A program made the position numbers and the translations under genes. Positions 55,943-64,000 of a stretch of DNA of 64,000 nucleotides are shown piece after piece. The DNA is from Epithemia pelagica (Eukaryota; Protista; Bacillariophyta), in NCBI GenBank assembly GCA_946965045.2, contig OX337237.1:620001-684000 (forward strand). The letters are read 5' to 3'. The notes beneath the pieces were generated by a model. It was not told where the DNA came from and did no database searches. It saw only the letters and a list, made by a program, of their open reading frames with translations. Each line of letters opens with the position of its first letter. Positions within the stretch are counted from its first letter, which is position 1.

Positions 55943-56344
55943 GGTGGTTGACGCCATGAAGAACTTTGCCTCCATCCAGGAACAAGACGGCCTTCTTGTA
56001 CGAGGCCCTGAGGGCCAAAACTCCATGGGGAAGGAACAATCAACGGACCAATGGGGAAGGAACAATCAACGGAACCAAACAATCGAAGACATGGACCGAA
56101 AAAAAGTGGACCAAATGTAGGCCCTTGTCGCTCGACTGCAGATTTCTCGAGTAATACTTTTCTGTGTGCGTGTTTCGTACAAAACGATGATGGTTTCGAT
56201 CGTAACTCGGATGAAAAATGTCTCTAGACTGCTGGCATCATTGGGTCTTTCGAACGCTCGCAGCGGCAAAAAGAGGGAGGAGTACAACTACATTCATGAA
56301 TTTCAGTACTATAATGGGTCACAAGTATCATCGAATGCTGACAG

Positions 56345-57475
56345 TCAACCGAATTCTGGCAATGAAGGACCGTCCAACAAACGCTTGTACACAGCAGAGT
56401 TCTTATCCATCAACGGAAGCCTTTCAAAGGTCTGCCAGGGTCTCAACTCATTTCCAAGAGCAAGCAGTTCATTGTATACAATCCCATTCGAATCAGCAAC
56501 TGCTGTGAAATGCTCGCCTATTCCTTTTGTCATTCCAGGAAGCCTCCAGACTTTATTGCGTTTCGTGTCAAAAACCTCCACGGAACGCACTCTGGCGTCA
56601 CCTTCATTTTCAACAGAAAATCGATCGTCACTACAACCTCCGACCACAAGCAGGCAAGATCCAACGCGGACAACAGAATGTCTGAAACGAGGAATGGCAA
56701 GAACCAGATCCTTGTGCATTTTCCATGACAACGTAGATGCAAAGGTCGATTCTTGAAAATCACGTCCATCTTTGCCTGAATTAGTCAACAAGTCCAAGTA
56801 TTCAACAGAAGCAAGCTCCTCCTGTCCAATAATCTTCTTTCCACCAATGACGTAGACACGTGAACCAACGGTCGCCATTCCGAACTGGTCACGAGGAACA
56901 TTCATGGATGGTCCTTGGAAAATGAAAGGTTGAGTTGCTTGAGCTATGTCAAGAATATCCACATTTCCATTACGATCTATTCCATCAATTACAATGTACC
57001 TGTTTTGGACAGCCACAGCTGAGCACGAGCCATCAGTAGACAAACGACACTGCAATGTTTTCCATGGTGTTTTCTTCTCAGTCTTGTGCAAATAAGCACT
57101 TGACAGTAAATCTGAGACTTCAATCCGCTCAATAGAATCCTGAAGGATTCCTCCGATGGCGTAGACACCGCCGTTACAAACAACCGCTGCAAGTCCTGCT
57201 CGCTCTTCATTCATCTTGGGACCTTGCTTGTGTTCGCTTCCATCACCATTTAGAAGCCAAACTGTGTTGGTAGGATCCGGATCCAAAATCGCGTTTATGA
57301 AGCCCCCCAATACGACCATAATTTCTTTCTTTTTATTGTAAGGAGCATGTACCACAACCGATGCGTTCCACCATCGCTGACGCATTCCGATTTCATTGAC
57401 ACTCCATCGTGATTCATCTTGATTGTTCCCTAAAACGAGTCCAGACAACCGTGCTTGCTCTTGAACATCCTCCAT
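56345..57475 (-). CDS. Kelch-repeat protein, copy D
   Basis: Paralogue of A-C; 376 aa, open. Confidence 0.88.
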   Translation of the reverse strand: MEDVQEQARLSGLVLGNNQDESRWSVNEIGMRQRWWNASVVVHAPYNKKKEIMVVLGGFINAILDPDPTNTVWLLNGDGSEHKQGPKMNEERAGLAAVVCNGGVYAIGGILQDSIERIEVSDLLSSAYLHKTEKKTPWKTLQCRLSTDGSCSAVAVQNRYIVIDGIDRNGNVDILDIAQATQPFIFQGPSMNVPRDQFGMATVGSRVYVIGGKKIIGQEELASVEYLDLLTNSGKDGRDFQESTFASTLSWKMHKDLVLAIPRFRHSVVRVGSCLLVVGGCSDDRFSVENEGDARVRSVEVFDTKRNKVWRLPGMTKGIGEHFTAVADSNGIVYNELLALGNELRPWQTFERLPLMDKNSAVYKRLLDGPSLPEFG

Positions 57476-57869
57476 CCTAGAACTGTGTCATCCAACGACT
57501 ATGGAGGAAACAAAGATTGTTTCTTGCACACCTGTTGCTTGGGTTTTTGGAGTGTATAGTCTGCCAGTTCCACGATCCGAGGTCCGTTGTTTCTCAGGTT
57601 TTGGTGAAGAGTCTGTGAGTTCGATCAAAAACTAGGGCAGATCTCACACACGTTTGTGGTAGTCCTATAGTTGTATCGCGCTTTGTTGGATACTCGGCCA
57701 CCAAAGGCCCTAGACGGAGTCTGGGTTTTTGGTTTGCCTGTCAGACCCAAAGTATCACTCCACCAAAACAACTGCGAATTTCCTCTGTTCCAGCACACTT
57801 TTTGTTTTGTCACAAAGGGCGATTCAAAACCGCGTGTTTTTGAGTGCTAACTCTCTTGAGGGAAGGATT

Positions 57870-58790
57870 CTATCACCTTTTGCGTTCACACACGGAAAAA
57901 GTTCGAACACTGCCAGGATCTCCCTCTTCTTGTGGGTCTTGCAATGCCCACTGTTTTGCCATGAGCGGTTTTCACCGTTCACAACCCTGGGAGACATGCC
58001 GTCGTGTTGTCCTTGCTGTTTGCTCTTTTGAGTCGTTGCCCTATACTGTTGTAGAGTCTGATTCTGGATTCGTTCTTTTCAAAAAATGTCAGAGGGAGGA
58101 CGATGGGTCCAAGACTGCTTCTTGTGCTTGTGTTTGGGCTTGGACGACCAAATCCTCTTGTTGTGGCGGAACCGTAGTAGTCGATCGAATGTGGACCGTC
58201 GAATCGACCAAAAAGAAACAGAACAAATAGTACGTTTTCCCGATGTGGTTCGATTTGCCAAGTTGATCGGTTGGTTCTTGAACAATGGAACGAAAGCCCA
58301 ATTTACCTCCCTGAACATTGGTACATTCCAAACAACAACAAGCCGCTGCCATAATTCGTTCTCCCAATCTCCCTTCCACATGCCATACACCACCGTCATA
58401 ATAGGACGACAGGGAAGGAGTATCTTCGTCTGTAGTCTTTTGGTCGTGTTCGGGTTCGAGTTCCATGGATGCAATCGAAATGTGGGAATTGTGGGAGGCC
58501 GAAAATTGGTCGCGTCTTGATACCATTGCACGTAGTACTCGACAGGGTCGTCTTTATTGTTGCTGCTTCGGTTTCGTTTTTTTTGCGACTCTGCTGCTGT
58601 TCGTAGTGGTCTCGTTTCAGGGGTTCGTCCCTTTCACCAACGGTGACGCTCCCGAGCCGAGGGGGGCGTACGATAGAGTACCGTCCAGCATGGTGTCGTC
58701 CAGAATCTCAATGTTGCTGGCCGCCAGTTTCCCCTTCGACCATGTTTGGGGGCATTGGTATGGACGACCAAGACAACAGCTACCTACTCG
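57870..58790 (-). pseudogene. DUF4246 relic (cassette D)
   Basis: VWHVEGRLGERIMAAACCCLE, QGGKLGFRS and STTTVPPQQ; preceded by only the last ~60 bp of the Macro gene (about 58810-58868). Confidence 0.75.
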
Positions 58791-59455
58791 AGGTAGGTAG
58801 TAGAAGCGACATGGTCTCACTCATTCTCCTTCTTGTGGTGGTTGTCGCGCTTACAATCTCCCCACCAGGGCCCCTAGGTAGTCGCACAGCACACGTGTGA
58901 TTCACACCACCAGGTGTAAAGGAGAATTGATTTCAGATTCCTTGCAGGGTTCTTCTTTTACTAGAGGGTTGCTGTTACTAGGATTCCAGTGTTTTTTGTG
59001 CCATGTTCACTCTCTCTCTCCCGTCTCCATTCGGTACGGTGGATCGTAGGTACTATAGGTAAGAGTCTGCCAGGATGTCAGTTTCGTGGTTGGCAAACGT
59101 TTGGCTCGAACCACCCATCCGCGAAACAGATCACACAAGGAACAGCAGCTCCATGGCTCCCACCATCCTGCAATAAGAACAGAGGGAAACTCATGGATGC
59201 ATGGAATGATACACCTCCATCAGAGACTGTTCGACTTGTGTTTGTTTCGGTAAAATCATGTCCTCCAGCTGTCTACCTAGAACAACGAAACGAGCCATGC
59301 CATGTCCCACCCAGGAGCAATGCCCAGACACACCCAAAGGGAGAACCTGATTCAAATCCAAGGCATGGTCCGTAAACAGGTTGTTCTTGTGTCATGAGCC
59401 CTCTGCCGGACAAACGCTGCGGAATGGGGATCCTGTTGCCGAACAAACTGTTAAC

Positions 59456-60832
59456 TCATGGTGCCTTGTTGTCCAACGGTTTGGTGCTCATCTTCTTGTC
59501 CATTCGTCGGTTCCAAGGACTCCAACCATGAGCATGTTGTTGTGGTTGCGGGTGGTGGGGACGTGTTGGTTGTTGTGTGGGCTGTGGCAAGGTCAAGTGG
59601 GGGCGTGCCGGTTTGACTTGGGCAATGGCCGTGGCCTTGGCTTGGACGAGCCGGGCCTTGTCCACGTGTCCCAAGTGTTGATAGGATTCCGCCAAGCGTT
59701 CGCACCATTCCGCCACGACGCGCGATTCGGGAGCGACGGCCAATTCACGGGTAATGGCCTTTTGATAATACACGACCGCCTTGCGATGATTGCCCTGTTG
59801 GGCCAAGACAGTCCCAATCGTCCCATCCAACAAGACTTGCAACAAGGTATAATCGGAGAGGGTATCGCCACTGTAGGGGAAGGATGTCGTCCAGTGACTG
59901 GGATACGGTGAAGAATGTTTCGTGGTTGTTGTGGTGACCGCCTCCTCCTGGGAGACGGCATCGGTCGTGGTCAAAACCACGCCTCCACACGACGAGGCGG
60001 AGGATGCCGTCGAGGTGGTGGTGGTATGCGAATGCATGGTGGAACCGTACGACGACGACCAGGAATGACAAAATTCTTCGAGTTCCAGTCGTTGTCGTTC
60101 GGCCGTTTGCAAAATATCGCGCGCCTTGGCCAAGTATTCGCCCTGGGTGTGCAAAATGGCCAGATTGAGGTAAGTGCGGGCCATGCTGGCCGACGCCGGG
60201 GCCCAGTGTTGTTTAATGTGTTGGGCGCGGGTATGCAATGCCACGGCCCGCTTCACGTGTCCCAATTGTTGCCAGACAATGGCCAAATTGGTACAGGTCG
60301 TGGCCACTTCCATGGATTCCTCCGTTTCGAGTCCGAGACGGGCACATTCGCCTTGTCGCAAGACCAAGGCGGCTTCCAAAAAGTATCGGGCTTGGTGCGG
60401 TTTTCCACATTGCGACAAGATACAACCCAAATTGGACAAGGTCCGAGCCACCGATGAGGCCGGCAATCGACTGGCATCGTACGTGGAAACGGTTGTCAAT
60501 TGTGATTCTTCTTTATGAGGGCTGGTGGATTCCTTCTCGAGTACTTCTGATGATGATGACGATGATTGTCGTTGTTGATCGAGCAATCGTTGTTTCATGG
60601 CCAAGGCTTGTTGCGCACAGCTATGGGCTTGTTGATACTCGCCGAGACGATAGTGAAATTCACAGAGTCGATCCAAACACAAGGCCGCCTTGACGCAATC
60701 GGATTTCAAGTAGAGTTGGCGAGCCTTTTGATGCAAGGCAATGGCTCGATCAAAATCTTGGTAATTTCGGACCGCTTGCATTCCTTCTTCCATACACTTG
60801 ACGCCCTGTGCACGCGTCGACAAATTGCCCAT
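59456..60832 (-). CDS. TPR-repeat protein
   Basis: Repeats such as VARTLSNLGCIL…A…LEAAL, VATTCTNLAIVW…AVALHTRA and AEWCERLAESY; MG start; TATAAA-like GTATAAAG about 45 nt upstream. Confidence 0.85.
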   Translation of the reverse strand: MGNLSTRAQGVKCMEEGMQAVRNYQDFDRAIALHQKARQLYLKSDCVKAALCLDRLCEFHYRLGEYQQAHSCAQQALAMKQRLLDQQRQSSSSSSEVLEKESTSPHKEESQLTTVSTYDASRLPASSVARTLSNLGCILSQCGKPHQARYFLEAALVLRQGECARLGLETEESMEVATTCTNLAIVWQQLGHVKRAVALHTRAQHIKQHWAPASASMARTYLNLAILHTQGEYLAKARDILQTAERQRLELEEFCHSWSSSYGSTMHSHTTTTSTASSASSCGGVVLTTTDAVSQEEAVTTTTTKHSSPYPSHWTTSFPYSGDTLSDYTLLQVLLDGTIGTVLAQQGNHRKAVVYYQKAITRELAVAPESRVVAEWCERLAESYQHLGHVDKARLVQAKATAIAQVKPARPHLTLPQPTQQPTRPHHPQPQQHAHGWSPWNRRMDKKMSTKPLDNKAP

Positions 60833-61813
60833 GGTAATACAGTTTGTGCAAGAACCCTTTCCAATAGCTGGACTTTATACACTTGGATCTTTTGAATGTA
60901 GTAGAAGTAGGATCTCTCCAGAGTCAATCCACAATAATGTCACTTGTTCAATGGATCAACGACACAACACATGAACTTGGTTGGCTCTTCTATTCCAGAT
61001 GAAATGGTATATTATAGTTTCCGAGGATGGATCAAGGATGGTCCGATGGATTTGTGCGTTGGACCGTAGAGGTTCTCGAAATCCTTGAGTTGTCGTCAAG
61101 TCGTGGAGAACAACCAAAACCAACCAGGATATCGGCAGTTGTTTGTACGTCTCGAACGAAGAAGAAGAGGAGTGTTCTTTGCTAATGACACTCTCCTCTT
61201 CCCCCACAGCAAAAGTGTGTGATGATTCTCTCCAACACGAACAACAACAACAACAGCCACCCAACTACATACAGCAGAGATGGCTTGTCATTCCCTCGGT
61301 CTCTTCTTTCTCTCGCTCGTCCCTTTGTCCGATGAATGAATGCGATGAGTCGTACGGAGGACGTTCGGTTCTGTGTCAGATGTCAGCTGCTATGCCATGC
61401 GTATTGTGCCTATTGATTATTGGGATACTAAGGTTAGGAGTAGAAGGGAAAAAAGCGAGCACACAGCACACAGCACATCACACAATTACAAATTTCACCC
61501 ATGCACGTGGACCTTGTCCGACTTTGAGACAACGCCTGAGCGTCTTGATCATGAGCAATTTCTAACTAGCAGTAGAAATCATCATTTTTGAACTGCTAGG
61601 AGTAGATAGTCTGTCACGGACGAATCGGTTCCACCCCCTCTAGCTAGCAAAGGTAGCGGGCGGTTTCATCTAGGTAGAGAGGAGTGTTGGTCCATTCGGC
61701 AAAGATCATGCGATGGTCCACAGTCCCACACGTCCAAACACTCAACATCCTATCCATGATAGGATGGTTTGCTCCTCGGTTGCTGTTCATTGTCGGTGTT
61801 GTTGGTGTTGTTG

Positions 61814-62314
61814 TTAGGGCAAGGATTGATACTGGTGATTGGCCCGTCGATGTTCCAATTCGGACACGGCCAGGCCAATGGTGACCAATCCGGTCAGGGC
61901 CCAGGAGGCACACATGGCCATGGCAAAGGCTTGATAGGACGGACTGCCATAGGAAATGTCGTGCGCTTGCAAGAAGAGTCGTTGGAAAATACCACGGACT
62001 CCAAAATACACATACATGCCACTTCCCACCAACCCAAAGTACGGCCACAGAGTTTGGTGTCGACTCGGCAGCAACAACAACAAGAGACCGGCGACCCCCA
62101 AGGTCCACACGACGAGAAGCGTATCCGTCACTGCTTCGCCTTGTAAATCGGCCCACAAGGTGGGATTCACCGAATCGGCCGGTTCCGACAAGCCGAATTG
62201 CATCGCCACGTTGGGTGCCACAAAGACGAGAACTTGTCCCATCCAACACACAATCAAACACCAGAGAATCAAGAGCATGGCCCATATACGTTCGAATTGG
62301 GAATAGGCAGTCAT
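61814..62314 (-). CDS. Four-TM membrane protein of unknown function
   Basis: Four hydrophobic segments; first ATG at 62314; motif WADLQGEAVTD…WPYFGLVGSGMYVYF. Confidence 0.7.
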   Translation of the reverse strand: MTAYSQFERIWAMLLILWCLIVCWMGQVLVFVAPNVAMQFGLSEPADSVNPTLWADLQGEAVTDTLLVVWTLGVAGLLLLLLPSRHQTLWPYFGLVGSGMYVYFGVRGIFQRLFLQAHDISYGSPSYQAFAMAMCASWALTGLVTIGLAVSELEHRRANHQYQSLP

Positions 62315-63312
62315 GATGGAGGACGAGGACGAGGAGTACGACGACGAAGATGACTTTGATAAAGAGGATACTGCTGTCTGCGTGTTTCTTTTGGACAAGG
62401 TGATTTCTTAACGTTGCGAACGGTAAGGATCCTTTTTGAATCTCAATTTACATGGATTCATTGACAACGATGGAAGGAGTGTCCCCAGCTTCGCATTGCT
62501 CTCCCAAAACGCGAACCATGCTGCAATTGGATTTTCGTGGATCTTACGAATCGGTTCGGTTCTCCCCTTCAAACCTAGGCTTTGCGACCTTCCATCCAAG
62601 ACCATGGTTCGAAAAAGAAGAAAGCATATTGGAGAGCCGTTTGCTGGTTGTCTCCATGATTTCATAGAGTTTGTGGCCTGGTCGTAAATGGGGATGGGGG
62701 ATGGGATTGGGATGGGGGCCCATGTTTCTCGCTTGTCTCGCAAGTCCCGCAAACGGTTCGTTCTTGAATTCCCTACTTAATGGAGTCTGTCTGTAGTACG
62801 GATTTCGGAGAGCTGACCATTCGCCAATTGGGACGCGAGGCCTATGTCGTGCACGTGTTCTTCATTCTTCATTTAAGACCTATGCAAGCCGGGGGAGAGA
62901 ATGCCATGTTCCATGAATCTCCACAATTTCACCAAACAGCGATGGGGGAGCGACACGGACAGCCAGAAATCAAGAGAGTTCACGACGAGAGGGCAAAATA
63001 TCCCCTCTATTTTGAATCGTATCCATTCAATTATTGCAAAGCAACGGTCGGTCACCACCCGCAGCAGCAACAGCAGCCAGTGGCACGAGGAATGGCTAAG
63101 GGACGAACAATAACCGCAGCAACAACAACCAGAACCAGAACAGCAACAAGAGTAGCGATTCCGTGGTGTTTACTTGTGTGTTGAAAAACGAGAAAGACTT
63201 GACGACTATTTCACAGCAAGTAGTTTATATCATTCATAAAAGCTCCAATTAAAGACAACAACAACAAAACACACAACAACAACAGACCGGTCACAACAAG
63301 CCATTCAGTGTC

Positions 63313-64000
63313 ATGGGAAATGCGCCATCGATCGATTTGTCGCAGGGACTTCCCAATACGGAAAAATTGACGGAGCGGGGATGTTCGACGGAACAAAAGA
63401 TTGAATATGCCGTTTCGGGGATGCGAGGCTTTCGACAAAATATGGAAGACCAACACTTGTTTTGCAACAGTTTACCCGTGGAAGGACAACCCCTCGATTG
63501 TTTGAGTGACCATTCCCTCTTTGCCGTCTTTGATGGTCACGGTGGCCAATATGCGGCCAAGTATTGCAGTTGTCACTTTTTGCGGGTCTTGTCGCAACGG
63601 CCGGAAATGACGCAATACGTGCAATTGCCCAAAATTGGGGCCAAGAGTCGCTGCGATACCAATGGCATTTCCCTCATCAAGTTTGCCCTCAACAATAGCT
63701 TTTTGCAACTAGATCAAGAATTGACCAAGGAACAAATTAGTATCAACGACAAGGCTCGATCCGAACGAGAACAAAAGGCCCAAGCCAAGGCCGATGCAAC
63801 GGGTATACCGCAACCGGTCTTGCTCGCCGAACGATCGGGATCGACCTCGGTCATTGTCTTGATTACACCATCGCATATTATTTGTGCCAATGCGGGAGAT
63901 TCACGAGCCATTTTACGACGAAGCGGCAAAGTGTTGCCCCTCAGTTTTGATCACAAACCTTCCGACATTCCCGAACGCATGCGGATTGTCAAGGCGGGTG
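63313..64000 (+). CDS. PP2C: Protein phosphatase 2C (partial, runs off the right edge; absent from the ORF track)
   Basis: MRGFRQNMEDQH, FAVFDGHGG, SGSTS…CANAGDSRA, LSFDHKP…ER.RI. Confidence 0.95.
   Translation, partial: MGNAPSIDLSQGLPNTEKLTERGCSTEQKIEYAVSGMRGFRQNMEDQHLFCNSLPVEGQPLDCLSDHSLFAVFDGHGGQYAAKYCSCHFLRVLSQRPEMTQYVQLPKIGAKSRCDTNGISLIKFALNNSFLQLDQELTKEQISINDKARSEREQKAQAKADATGIPQPVLLAERSGSTSVIVLITPSHIICANAGDSRAILRRSGKVLPLSFDHKPSDIPERMRIVKAG

Overview
Eukaryotic nuclear DNA, most probably from a pennate diatom. This is inferred from ASAFAP-type bipartite plastid presequences, a CoDi-like copia element, few and short introns, and CAA/ACG low-complexity coding. No rRNA, tRNA gene or CRISPR array is supported. 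1-6 kb is a DNA-transposon cluster: the 5' end of a hAT element whose transposase ORF runs off the window (missed by the ORF track), plus three MITE-like elements. 6.8-13.4 kb holds two convergent bHLH paralogues, a Ctr copper transporter with a dense GTAC cluster upstream, and a Ctr 3' relic. 13.9-24.3 kb is a three-layer nest: a Patched/Dispatched-like gene fused in frame to a truncated CRE-type non-LTR retrotransposon, which is split by a young non-autonomous copia element (756-bp LTRs, 5-bp TSD). 24.4-60.8 kb is a rearranged, amplified accessory region with defence-like content: four Kelch paralogues hypervariable at predicted ligand-face loops, Macro-domain genes, DUF4246 pseudogenes, TPR gene and fragment, a HET/TIR-like gene, two copies of a Crinkler-like NTPase-nuclease with swapped N-termini, catalytically altered CRESS-Rep-like ORFs and a PLD-nuclease relic. 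It also carries a duplicated ~70-aa microprotein, a SIM-bearing BIRC6-type E2 and a plastid protein. The window ends with a 4-TM protein and a partial PP2C. All family assignments are by motif recognition by eye; no database search was run.
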